Position numbers and translations under genes: made by a program. Of a stretch of 64,000 nt of DNA, positions 48,620-58,255 are shown piece after piece. Source of the DNA: an uncultured Candidatus Binatia bacterium (lineage in GTDB: Bacteria > Desulfobacterota > Binatia > UBA9968 > JAJDTQ01). Each line of letters begins with the position of its first letter. Position 1 is the first letter of the stretch. Location of the stretch: the NCBI GenBank assembly GCA_964291295.2, contig OZ219754.1, positions 3,104,001-3,168,000 on the forward strand, read 5' to 3'. Below the pieces are notes generated by a model. That model did no database searches and was not told the DNA's origin. It worked only from the letters and a program-made list of their open reading frames with translations.

Positions 48620-49558
48620 ATGACACAGTCGTTCGAGATCATCCCGCAGGCGCCGTATTCGTTCGATCTCACCGTCGCGCGCTTCATGCGATTCACCAGC
48701 GAGGTCGTCGATCTGGTGGAGGGTGGCCGCTACCAGCGCCTGCTGACCGCCGGCCGCCAGCTGGCCCTGGCCACGGTCACGGACATCGGCACGACGGCGC
48801 GGCCGAGGCTCGCCGTCACGCTGGACAGCCCGTCCCGGACACCGCTGAAGCGGGCCGAGTTCGAGGCCCAGCTGCGGCACATCCTGTGCACCGACCTCGA
48901 TCTCGGGCCATTCTATCGGCTGGCACGCCGGGACGCGCTGCTGGCACCGATGGTGCGGCGGTTTCGCGGACTGCGCGTCGCCGCCAGCCCGACGCTGTTC
49001 GAAGCCCTGGTGACGGCCATCCTCTCCCAGCAGGTCCACCTCACCTTGGCGTACTCCATCAAGAAGGCGCTGGTGGAGAGCTTCGGCCGCAAGTGGCGGC
49101 GGCAGGGACGCACCTACCACGCGTTTCCCGAGATGCGCCGATTCGCCGCCCAGAGCCTGGAGGCCATGCGCGGCTTCCGGCTGAGCCAGGCCAAGGCGGG
49201 CGCACTGATCCGCCTCGGCCAGACGTTCGCCTCCGACGCGGGCTTTCGCGGGCTGGCGGCGCGGTCCGACGAACAGATCGTCGAGCGGCTGACCGGCATC
49301 AAGGGCATCGGCCGCTGGTCGGCGGAGATCGCGATGATGCGCGGACTGGCGCGCCCGGACGCCTTCCCGGCCGGCGACCTGGGAGTGGTCAAGTACGTGG
49401 CCCAGGGTCTGCTGGGAAAGAGCGGCAAGGCCACCGAGGCCGAAATGCGCGCTTTTGCCCAACGCTGGCGGCCGTATCGCGGGCTGGCCCTGGCCTACTG
49501 CTACGCCGAACTGGCAACACGCCGCGGCACCACCACCCCGAGCCTCGGCCGGGAATAG
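48620..49558 (+). CDS. alkA: DNA-3-methyladenine glycosylase II
   Basis: FEALVTAILSQQV, HhH motif LTGIKGIGRWSA, FPAGDLG and WRPYRG. Confidence 0.88.
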   Translation: MTQSFEIIPQAPYSFDLTVARFMRFTSEVVDLVEGGRYQRLLTAGRQLALATVTDIGTTARPRLAVTLDSPSRTPLKRAEFEAQLRHILCTDLDLGPFYRLARRDALLAPMVRRFRGLRVAASPTLFEALVTAILSQQVHLTLAYSIKKALVESFGRKWRRQGRTYHAFPEMRRFAAQSLEAMRGFRLSQAKAGALIRLGQTFASDAGFRGLAARSDEQIVERLTGIKGIGRWSAEIAMMRGLARPDAFPAGDLGVVKYVAQGLLGKSGKATEAEMRAFAQRWRPYRGLALAYCYAELATRRGTTTPSLGRE

Positions 49559-49583
49559 CCCGGAGAGCCTGACGGTCCGGCAC

Positions 49584-50732
49584 ATGCCGAATACACCCGT
49601 GACGCCACGGACCGCCGGCCAGACCCTGTCGATCATCGTGCCGACGTTCCGGGAGGCAGCCAACCTCCCCACCCTGGCGGACCGTATCCACCAGGTCCTG
49701 TCCGGCACCGGCATCGAATGGGAATTGCTGCTCGTGGACGACGATTCCGGCGATGGCAGCGGGGCCGTGGCCGCGGCGCTTGCGCAGCGCCTGCCCCTGC
49801 GCCGGGTGGTCCGCCGGGGCACGGTCCGGGACCTGTCCCTGGCCGTGATCGACGGCATCCGGCTGTGCCGGTTCGACCGCCTCGTGGTCATGGACGCGGA
49901 TCTGTCACATCCGCCCGAGCGCATCGTCGATCTGCTCGCCGCCCTGGACGCCGATTGCGACATGGTCATCGGCAGTCGCTACGCGCCCGGCGGCAGCCGC
50001 GACCGCTCCTGGAACCGTTACCGCGTGCTGATTTCGCGGCTTGGAACCTGGCTGGCGCGCCCCCTGGTGGACTGCGCCGACCCCATGTCCGGCTTCTTTG
50101 CCACCCGCCGCCGCACCCTTCCGGACCTCTCCACCTCGCGGCCCCTGGGTTACAAGATCGCGCTGGAGTTCATGGTGCGCGGCGACCTGCGCGTGCGCGA
50201 GATTCCCATCGACTTCCGCGACCGCAGCGTGGGCGCCAGCAAGATGAACTGGCGCCAGCAGGTCCGGTTCGCGCGGCACCTTTCGCGATTGTACAACTTC
50301 AAGTTCGGCAGCCGGGCCCGGGTTCCCTTCTTCAGCGCGGTGGGCGCCAGCGGCCTTGCCGTCGACCTCGCCGCCTGTCTCGCGCTTCAAGGGATCGGCG
50401 TGGAGCACCGGCTGGCGCGTTTCCTGTCCTTCTGGACAGCGGTGAACTGGAACTGGGCCCTGAACCGCGGCCTGACCTTCAGCGAACGGGTGCGCCAGCC
50501 CCGCCTGGGCCAGTGGGCGCGCTCCATGGCGGGCAGCCTCTTCGGCCTTGTCCTCAACGCCGGCACCTACGCGCTGTTGACGAGCACCCTGGCGTTCTTC
50601 GACCGCCACCGCCTGCTGGCGTTCTTCGGCGGCGTCGGCCTGGGGAGCCTCATCAACTTCCTGGTCGCCGACCTGTACGTCTACGGCCGGCACCCGGGGC
50701 GCCGGCCCGGATCATGGACGGAGGCCTCGTGA
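49584..50732 (+). CDS. GT2 polyprenol-phosphate mannose synthase (DPM1-like) fused to a GtrA-like membrane domain
   Basis: IIVPTFRE, VDDDSGD, MDADLSHPP, GSRY, DPMSGFF, then 4 TM helices (FSAVGASG, NWALNRGLTF). Confidence 0.85.
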   Translation: MPNTPVTPRTAGQTLSIIVPTFREAANLPTLADRIHQVLSGTGIEWELLLVDDDSGDGSGAVAAALAQRLPLRRVVRRGTVRDLSLAVIDGIRLCRFDRLVVMDADLSHPPERIVDLLAALDADCDMVIGSRYAPGGSRDRSWNRYRVLISRLGTWLARPLVDCADPMSGFFATRRRTLPDLSTSRPLGYKIALEFMVRGDLRVREIPIDFRDRSVGASKMNWRQQVRFARHLSRLYNFKFGSRARVPFFSAVGASGLAVDLAACLALQGIGVEHRLARFLSFWTAVNWNWALNRGLTFSERVRQPRLGQWARSMAGSLFGLVLNAGTYALLTSTLAFFDRHRLLAFFGGVGLGSLINFLVADLYVYGRHPGRRPGSWTEAS

Positions 50733-50786
50733 GCCCCGGCCGTTCCTCCCGCACCGGCGGGCACGTCACACCACCACCGCACCGCA

Positions 50787-52241
50787 TCAACCGTCGCCGT
50801 CTCCGGGACCGGCGCGACCGTAGGCGTCCTCGTAGCGGACGATATCGTCCTCTTCCAGGTACGATCCGCACTGGACCTCCACCACCTCCAGCGGCACGGT
50901 GCCGGGATTCGCCAGCCGGTGCTTCATCCCCCGGGAAATACAGGTGGACTGATTCTCCGACAGCACCAAAGTTGCCTCCCCCCGGGTCACACGTGCGCGG
51001 CCGCGGACGACGGTCCAGTGCTCGGAGCGGTGTTCATGAGATTGCAGGGAGAGGGCGTGGCCGGGCCGGACGACGATGAGCCTGACCTTGAAACCATCGC
51101 CCACCCGCAAGTCCCGGAACGTGCCCCAGGGACGCCGGACCTCGCGGTGCACCCGGTGCTCGCGCCGGCCCGCCGACCGGAGCACGGCCACCACCCTCTC
51201 CATGTCCCGGGCCGCGTCCCGGCCGGCCACCAGCACGACATCGCCGGTGTCCACGATGACAAGGTCGGACACGCCCACCGCCGCCACCAGACGCTCCCCG
51301 GCACGGATGCAGGTGTCGCGAACGCCCTCCAGGACGGTGTCGCCGTGGACCACGTTGCCGGCCACGTCCTTCTCGCCAAGATCAGCCAGCGCCGCCCAGG
51401 AACCGATGTCCGACCACCCGGCGGCCAGCGGCACCATCACCGCGGCGGCCGTGCGTTCCATGATCGCGTGGTCCACCGAAACGGCCGGAGACGCGGCGAA
51501 CGGCACCGCCCCCAGCCGGAGGAAACCGGCGTCCCGGACCGCGGCGCGGTGGGCCTGTGCCGCCGCCTCGTTCACCGCCGGCGCATGAACGCCGAGTTCC
51601 CGCAGGAACACCGCGGCCGAGAACGCGAACAGGCCGCTGTTCCAGTAGTAACCGCCCTCCCGCAGGAAGCCGGCGGCTTCCGCGGCATCGGGCTTCTCGA
51701 CGAACCGCTCCACCCTGCGGCCGTCGTCGCTGACGCCGGTGGCCCCGGCCGCCTTGATGTAGCCGTATCCGGTATCCGCATGTGCCGGAGCGACGCCGAA
51801 GGTCACCAGGTGGCCGGCGGCGGCCTCCAGGACGGCGGCCCGGACCGCGGCGGCGAAGCGGTGGGGCTCCGACATCACATGGTCGGCCGGAAGCACCAAC
51901 AGGAGGACGTCGTGCCCGCGGTCGCCCAGCGCGAGCGCTTCCAGTGCCGCCGCGGCCACGGCCGGCGCGGTATTCCGCCCCGCGGGCTCCAGCAGCACGG
52001 CCGACGGCGTCGCGCCGAGGGCGTCCATCTGCTCGGCCACCATGAACCGGTGCGACTCGTTGCAGACCACGATGGGGGCCTCCACCGCATCAAGCGAAGC
52101 CAGCCGCCGGACCGTGGACTGGAACGGCGTGTGTGCCTCCAGCAGCGGGATGAACTGCTTCGGATAAAGCTCCCGGGAAAGGGGCCAGAGGCGCGTTCCC
52201 GCACCGCCCGAGAGGATCACGGGGAAGAGGACGTGGCTCAT
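50787..52241 (-). CDS. manC: Mannose-1-phosphate guanylyltransferase/mannose-6-phosphate isomerase
   Basis: GGAGTRLWPLSRELYPKQF, EPAGRNTA, FVEKP, WSDIGSW, RPWG and LSLQSH. Confidence 0.95.
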   Translation of the reverse strand: MSHVLFPVILSGGAGTRLWPLSRELYPKQFIPLLEAHTPFQSTVRRLASLDAVEAPIVVCNESHRFMVAEQMDALGATPSAVLLEPAGRNTAPAVAAAALEALALGDRGHDVLLLVLPADHVMSEPHRFAAAVRAAVLEAAAGHLVTFGVAPAHADTGYGYIKAAGATGVSDDGRRVERFVEKPDAAEAAGFLREGGYYWNSGLFAFSAAVFLRELGVHAPAVNEAAAQAHRAAVRDAGFLRLGAVPFAASPAVSVDHAIMERTAAAVMVPLAAGWSDIGSWAALADLGEKDVAGNVVHGDTVLEGVRDTCIRAGERLVAAVGVSDLVIVDTGDVVLVAGRDAARDMERVVAVLRSAGRREHRVHREVRRPWGTFRDLRVGDGFKVRLIVVRPGHALSLQSHEHRSEHWTVVRGRARVTRGEATLVLSENQSTCISRGMKHRLANPGTVPLEVVEVQCGSYLEEDDIVRYEDAYGRAGPGDGDG

Positions 52242-52642
52242 GCCGGCCAACCCGCCTCCCAGCCCTGGAACGAACTTGTCACGGCCCCAGACTATACCAG
52301 AGCGGGAACAGCGGCAAAGGGGCGCGCGGACGGGACGACCGGCGACGGGTTGGAGTCGCCGGCCGCGCACGGGTGCGAGCATATTCCAGCAAGAAGATGA
52401 GCCTGTGCAGGGGGCCGTGGGAAGGTTGAGGAAGGCACGGTGGAGGAGATGCCTGATCTTTGCGTTGGAATCGCCTCGCCTTTTCAGGCTCACCTTGCAT
52501 TGGACAAGACTTTGCGTTGACCCGCGGTTTCGGGCCGAATATACTGGCCGGACCGATGCTTGGCCCTTGGGCGTCCACGGGCCTCTGCGATCTTTGGGAA
52601 GCCGCACGAAGCCGCGGCAGACCCGCGGACACTGAAAACATC

Positions 52643-53095
52643 ATGGGTACGGTCCACGAAATCCATATCGCACCCCGGGGCGGTGCACGCATGCGCAAGG
52701 TGGACGAGGCCGAGGCGGTGGCTGGCATGGGGCTCAAGGGCGACCGCTACTGCGAGCGAACCGGCTGCTACAGCGGCGGGGACGAATGTCAGGTGACCCT
52801 CATCGAAGCCGAGGAGCTCGAAGCCATCGCGGCGGACTCCGGCCTGCGAGTGCTGGACGGAGAGCACCGGCGCAACATCGTCACCCGCGGCGTCCGGCTT
52901 GACGCGTTGGCGGGGCATGCCTTCCGCGTCGGGGACGCGGTACTGGCCTTCGACCGGCCGCGGCCGCCGTGCGCCTATATCCAGTCCATCACCGAACCCG
53001 GCATGACCCGGGCCCTGGCCGGCCGCAGCGGCATCTGCGCACAGGTGGTCAAGGGCGGCATCATCCGGCCCGGCGACGACATCGCCGTGCCGTAG
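52643..53095 (+). CDS. MOSC domain protein
   Basis: GLKGDRY, RRNIVT, RPPC and GGIIRPGD. Confidence 0.88.
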   Translation: MGTVHEIHIAPRGGARMRKVDEAEAVAGMGLKGDRYCERTGCYSGGDECQVTLIEAEELEAIAADSGLRVLDGEHRRNIVTRGVRLDALAGHAFRVGDAVLAFDRPRPPCAYIQSITEPGMTRALAGRSGICAQVVKGGIIRPGDDIAVP

Positions 53096-53121
53096 GCAGG
53101 ACCGGAAACGGACCGCGGCCC

Positions 53122-54402
53122 GTGCAAGACAGCGTGCCCCACGACCCGCCGTCCCGTCCGCCCCCCACGTTCTTCTACGGCTGGATCATCCTCCTGGGCG
53201 GCTTCCTCATCCTGGTGGTGGACGGCGGCGTTCGTTTCTCCTTCGGCGTCCTGGTGAAGCCGCTGGCGGCCGAGTTCGGTTGGCACCGGGGCGCCATCAC
53301 GTTCGCCTACACCCTGAACATGCTGGTGTTCGGCCTCGGGCAGATGACGGCCGGGCGGCTGCTGGACCGGTACGGGCCGCGCGTGCTGTTCCCGGTGTCG
53401 GCCCTGCTGGCTTCCGCCGGCCTCTTGTTGACATCCCGGACCCATTCCATCGCCGAACTCTATCTCTACTACGGCGTCGTCACCGCGGTGGGGGTGTCGG
53501 GCATCACCATCGGCGTCGTGTCGTCCACCGTATCCCGCTGGTTCAGGAGCCTGCGGGGCCTCATCGGCGGCATCGCCGTCACCGGCACCGCCTTCGGACA
53601 CTTCACGGTCGTCCCGGTGCTGGCCTTCTCGCTGGAGCGTTTCGGCTGGCGCGGTTCGTGGATGGGCTTGGGCATCCTGGTCTCCGCAGTGGTGATCCCG
53701 GTGTCGCTGGCGGTGATGAAGAAGGAGCCGGCGGACATGGGGTTGTTGCCCTACGACAGGAGCCTCAGGATCAGGCCGGGCATCACACCGCCCGCCCCGG
53801 ACTTCTCGCCCAGGGAAGCGTTCCTCTCCCGCAGCTTCCTGTTCGTGGCCTGTGCCTACGGCATATGCGGCTTTCAGGACTTCTTCTTCGTGACCCAGTT
53901 CATCCCCTTCGCCACGGACACCGGCCTCACCGGCCAGCACGCCTCGAACATCCAGGGCCTGTCCGGACTGTTGAGCCTGGCCGGCGTGCTGATCTTTCCG
54001 GCGTTGACGGAAAAGGCGGGCCACGGCCTTCCCCTGTCCTTCATGTTCCTCCTGCGCCTGCTCTGTTTCGGGCTGCTGGCGGTCTCGTCCGCGGAACCGG
54101 CCCTGTTCGCGGCCGCCTTGTTGATGGGGTTCACGCTGATGGCCACGGCGCCGCTGGCGGCGGCCATGACCGGCGACTACTTCGGAGTCCGGCACATCGG
54201 CCTGATCACCGGAGCGATTCTCTGGATCCACCACACCGGCGGGGCGCTGGGCGCCCTTCTCGGGGGCCTGGTCCATGATGCCACGGGTTCCTATGCCGGC
54301 ATGTTCCTGACCTGCCTGATGATGGCGCTCATGGGCGCGGCCGCATGTCTCGGCATCCGGCCGCCCGGCGGATCGCTGATACCCCGGCCCCTCCGCCCTT
54401 GA
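53122..54402 (+). CDS. MFS transporter (OFA/MCT-like); start approximate
   Basis: FFYGW, GRLLDRYGPR, SRWF and about 12 TM helices. Confidence 0.87.
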   Translation: MQDSVPHDPPSRPPPTFFYGWIILLGGFLILVVDGGVRFSFGVLVKPLAAEFGWHRGAITFAYTLNMLVFGLGQMTAGRLLDRYGPRVLFPVSALLASAGLLLTSRTHSIAELYLYYGVVTAVGVSGITIGVVSSTVSRWFRSLRGLIGGIAVTGTAFGHFTVVPVLAFSLERFGWRGSWMGLGILVSAVVIPVSLAVMKKEPADMGLLPYDRSLRIRPGITPPAPDFSPREAFLSRSFLFVACAYGICGFQDFFFVTQFIPFATDTGLTGQHASNIQGLSGLLSLAGVLIFPALTEKAGHGLPLSFMFLLRLLCFGLLAVSSAEPALFAAALLMGFTLMATAPLAAAMTGDYFGVRHIGLITGAILWIHHTGGALGALLGGLVHDATGSYAGMFLTCLMMALMGAAACLGIRPPGGSLIPRPLRP

Positions 54403-54835
54403 GCGGGTCCTTCGCCGTTCGCCTCCGCTCCCGCAGCGCTCTGCCCCTCGGTCCTCCAGGGGCCACGCATCCGCATGGACGGGGTCGGTTCCGCACCCTG
54501 ATCGAGGCTGGCATGGGTGCCGGGCCCACGCTCCCGCATGGACGGAGGTCCGGATTCTTGTACGGCGAGGGGCGACGCGGGCCGGTTCACCGGTCCGGGA
54601 GCAGCGGTCCATGGGGGAGGCGACCGCGTTGTCGATGGGCCGGTTGCGGCCTCGAAGGAGGCGCCACCAGGGCAGCAACGCCACAGCGGTGGCCGGTCAC
54701 GACAGGTGCCCGGGGCGGACATGACCCCGCGCGGGCAGCCCCCGGATGCGGGGATCGCGCGGCCGCCACCGCCAGGGACGACAAGATGCGGAAAACCGTG
54801 CGCGGGGCAGGGCGGCAAGCGCGGCGGGGCGGCCG

Positions 54836-55969
54836 TCAGTCGCCGGCCACCCGGAACCGCTCCATGAAACGGCTGTCCAGGTGGTCCTTGAGCCGCCAGC
54901 ACCAGCGGGCGTGGGCCGTCCATCCCCGGTAGTCCATCAACGCCTTGCCGTCGCCGGTGTTCAGGAGCCGCAGGAAGTCGCGCTGCGGCCGGAACGCCGA
55001 CAGCGGCTCGCCGCGCAGCCGCGCGCCGATATTCCGCCACAGGACCGGGCCCTGGCGCACCGCGTACACGCCCGCCCTGGGAACGGTGGCGTCCACCAGG
55101 GTGGCGCTGTCGCCCACCGCGAAGACATTGTCCGGACCGGTGGACTGGAGGGTATCGCGGGTGAGCAGGAAGCCCCTGGAATCCTTCGGAAGGTTCATGT
55201 TCGCCACCAGCGGCGGCGGGGCCGCCCCGGTGGCCAGCACCGCCAGGTCCGCGGGGATGCGGCGGTCGTCGGCGCACACCACTTCCCGGTCCCCGACGCG
55301 CGTGACCCGGGCGTCCGTCACCATTTCCACCTCCCGCGCCGCCAGCAGGGCCTCTGCCTTGCACAGGGCCGGTGGAGCCAGTCCGCCGCCGACGCGCCGC
55401 CCCGCCTCCACAAGGGTGATCGTGTAGCTCGATCCGTCCAGCACCCGGTGCAGGCAGGCGGGCAGACAAAGGGTGATCTCGATGCCCCCCGCCCCGCCAC
55501 CGATGACCACCACCCGCGTCGCCTCGCGACCCTGATGGCGCAACTCCTGCAGACGCTCATGGAGACGCAGGAGAAACGTCTGCATGGGCTTGATGGGCAC
55601 CCCGACGCCAGCGGACGCATCCATGCCGATGCGGTTCGGCACCGACCCGACACCCACGGACAGGATGTCGAAGCGTATCGGCTCATGGCGCCCGAACCGC
55701 ACGGTCCGCGTTTCCGTGTCCACGCCGAGAGCCGCTTCCACCACGAGGTCGGCCCCGGCGGCACGGGCGAGTCCCCGGAGATCGATCTCCAGCGTGCCCG
55801 GAGCGTACTGGCCCGACAGGGTGCCGGGCAGCATGCCGGAATAGCTGGAAACGGCGAAGCTCGATATGCAGACCAGGCGGGCGCCGGGGAGAGGCTGCCG
55901 CCGCCACATCTCCAGGACGTGCGCATTGGTGTGGCCGATGCCCAGAAGGACGATCTGCTGCTCAGGCAA
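54836..55969 (-). CDS. FAD-dependent pyridine nucleotide-disulfide oxidoreductase (NDH-2-like; resembles the domain found N-terminal to SelD)
   Basis: VLLGIGHTN, YSGMLPG, IKP, GGGAGGIE, FAVGD, AGVYAVRQG, LLNTGDG and WRLKDHLD; TTG start overlaps the GST stop. Confidence 0.82.
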   Translation of the reverse strand: MPEQQIVLLGIGHTNAHVLEMWRRQPLPGARLVCISSFAVSSYSGMLPGTLSGQYAPGTLEIDLRGLARAAGADLVVEAALGVDTETRTVRFGRHEPIRFDILSVGVGSVPNRIGMDASAGVGVPIKPMQTFLLRLHERLQELRHQGREATRVVVIGGGAGGIEITLCLPACLHRVLDGSSYTITLVEAGRRVGGGLAPPALCKAEALLAAREVEMVTDARVTRVGDREVVCADDRRIPADLAVLATGAAPPPLVANMNLPKDSRGFLLTRDTLQSTGPDNVFAVGDSATLVDATVPRAGVYAVRQGPVLWRNIGARLRGEPLSAFRPQRDFLRLLNTGDGKALMDYRGWTAHARWCWRLKDHLDSRFMERFRVAGD

Positions 55970-56573
55970 TGGTACGGACCGACGGACGCCCGGTGACGCG
56001 CGGGTACCACGCGCGCAGGAGCGGCAGGCTCGGATGCGGCAGGGTCCCCCACTGGACGTGGCGCATGATCCGGGGCACGTGGGCGGCATCCAGGAGCGAG
56101 AAAGCGCCGGCCATGTAGTCGCGCCCTTCGAGTGCGCGTTCCAGCGGCTGCAACTGCTCGACGAACCGGGCCCTGGCCGCGGCCAGGGCCGAGGCGTCGC
56201 GCCCGCCCTCAGCCTTCATCATCTCGGCACGAACCGCCTGGTGGCTGTCGTTGGTGTGATGGATGCCGTAGTCGATGAGGAGCCGTATCCTGGCGCGCGC
56301 CGCGGCGTCGGCCGGAAGCAGCGGCGGCTCCGGGTACCTGTCCTGCAGGTATTCGTTGATGATGCAGGACTCGTAGAGCACGGTGTCGCCGTCCACCAGC
56401 ACCGGCACCTTGCCGTAGGGGTTCATGGCGAGATACGCGGGGGTCTTCTGCTCCAGCTTGCGCAGATCCACCGGGACCGTTTCGTACGCCAGCCCCTTCT
56501 CCTCCAGCACGATCTTCACCCGCTGGCAGTTGGGCGAGGACTTGAAGTCGTACAAACGGATGGCATCACTCAT
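55962..56573 (-). CDS. Glutathione S-transferase family protein
   Basis: SSPNC, NPYGKVPVL, ESCIINEYL and FSLLD. Confidence 0.92.
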   Translation of the reverse strand: MSDAIRLYDFKSSPNCQRVKIVLEEKGLAYETVPVDLRKLEQKTPAYLAMNPYGKVPVLVDGDTVLYESCIINEYLQDRYPEPPLLPADAAARARIRLLIDYGIHHTNDSHQAVRAEMMKAEGGRDASALAAARARFVEQLQPLERALEGRDYMAGAFSLLDAAHVPRIMRHVQWGTLPHPSLPLLRAWYPRVTGRPSVRTIA

Positions 56574-56631
56574 GTCCGGCTCCTTGCCGGCAGTACGCAC
56601 GGAGGTCACGCCGGCGCAGGTTCGCGTCCCG

Positions 56632-58113
56632 CTACCGCCGGTGGCCCCGCACCAGCCGGTCCAGTTCGTCCCTCCACCGGCCGGACACGGCGTCACGGGT
56701 CTCCTTGTCGATCTGGCTGACCGGCGGAAATTCGTCCTTCCACTCGAAGGGCCGGGTGGCGTCGATGATGGCGCGGGAATTGAGCCCCTTCCGGTGGCGG
56801 GGAATGATCGGATCCAGCGGTCCGCTCCAGGTGCGGCGGAGGATGTCGATGGACTCCTCCGGGTTCGAGCGGGTGCACAGGGCCCACACCACCTCGTTCA
56901 GGTTGGTGATGTCCACGTCGTCGTCCACCACCACCACATACCGCCCCAGATAGGCGCCGGCGTGGCACTGGGCGGCCATGAGGGCGGCCTGCCTGGCGTG
57001 ACCGGGGTAGCGCTGCCTGATGGCAACGACGATCATGAAACGCTGGGCCGGCGGCGGCACGTACACGCCGCATACGTCGGGCACCCCGCCCTTCTCGACT
57101 CCGTTCCAGATCATTGCCGAGCGCAGCATGGAGCGGTACATGCCGTGGATGGTGGGACGGAACGGGGGCGCCCCGGTGAGGATCGGATCGTCCCGGTGAT
57201 AGAGCGCCTTCAACCGCACCACCGGTTCGGCCCTGCGGGCGCTGGCGTAATAGCCGGTCCACTCGCCGAAGGGCCCCTCGGGCCGGGTGTCGCCGGGTAC
57301 GATCTCCCCTTCCACCACGATCTCGGCGGCCGCCGGCACCCGGAGGCCGGTGAGCGGCGCCTCGATGACGCTCAGGGGCTGCTCCACCAGGCCGCCGGCC
57401 CAGGCGTACTCGCTCATGCCCGGCGGCACCGCCTGCGACGCCGCCACGAACAGGAGCGGGTGCTGGCCGAAGGCCATGGCCACCGGCACCGGCTTGCCCG
57501 CCCGGAGCGCTTTCTCCATGTGCATGCGTCCATGCTTTCCCGGGGAGATGTAGAGGGCCAGCTTGTCCGGCTCGTGGACCATGACACGGTAGCAGCCGAC
57601 GTTCTCCGCGCCGGTCTCGGGATCCCGCGTGACCACCAGGTGGGCGGTGCCGAGATAGCGGCCGCCGTCGCCCGCATGCCAGCGGGGTACCGGGATGCCG
57701 AGGATGTCGATGTCCTTGCCGGTCTTGCGATTCTCCAGCACCGGACCCGCGGGCAGCACGCGCGGCTCCACGGGAACCAGGTTCCCCAATCGCCGGCGCA
57801 ACCGGTCGATGACCTCCATGGTACCGATGTCCCGGGGCAGGTTGAGGGTGAGCGCGGTGCGTTCCATGGTCTCCATCATGTTGACCAGGACACGTCCGTT
57901 GCCGTCGTGGCCGGCGACATTCTCGAACAGGAGCGCCGGCGGTGCCGGCAGCCGCTCGCAGATGATCTCGTTCAGCGCCCCCATCTCCCGGTCCCAGTGG
58001 GCGCCGGAAATGCGCTCCAACTGACCCATCGCCTCCACCTGCCCGAGCCACGCGCGCAGATCGTCAAAGGCTGTCAACTCCGGGTCCTGCCGGCGTTGCG
58101 GTCTTGCCATCAT
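56632..58113 (-). CDS. UbiD family (prFMN-dependent) decarboxylase
   Basis: DLRAWL, ALLFEN, NVGCYR, AEIVVEG, EGPFGEWTGYY and VVVVDDDVD. Confidence 0.93.
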   Translation of the reverse strand: MMARPQRRQDPELTAFDDLRAWLGQVEAMGQLERISGAHWDREMGALNEIICERLPAPPALLFENVAGHDGNGRVLVNMMETMERTALTLNLPRDIGTMEVIDRLRRRLGNLVPVEPRVLPAGPVLENRKTGKDIDILGIPVPRWHAGDGGRYLGTAHLVVTRDPETGAENVGCYRVMVHEPDKLALYISPGKHGRMHMEKALRAGKPVPVAMAFGQHPLLFVAASQAVPPGMSEYAWAGGLVEQPLSVIEAPLTGLRVPAAAEIVVEGEIVPGDTRPEGPFGEWTGYYASARRAEPVVRLKALYHRDDPILTGAPPFRPTIHGMYRSMLRSAMIWNGVEKGGVPDVCGVYVPPPAQRFMIVVAIRQRYPGHARQAALMAAQCHAGAYLGRYVVVVDDDVDITNLNEVVWALCTRSNPEESIDILRRTWSGPLDPIIPRHRKGLNSRAIIDATRPFEWKDEFPPVSQIDKETRDAVSGRWRDELDRLVRGHRR

Positions 58114-58255
58114 GAACCTCCCGGTGGTTGTCCGCGCCGCGCCGCCGCTGCCCGGGTTCCGCTCGGGAAAGGCTCCCGGGGGGAGCGACGGCGCCCGCCG
58201 ATTCCCCGGACCTCGCGGTGTCCGACGAACCTGCCGAAAAGCTCGCGGTCGGACA

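Noticed and set aside
54836-55969. selD
   Set aside because: No selenophosphate synthetase domain or (C/U)xxK motif; the ORF ends after the flavoprotein domain.
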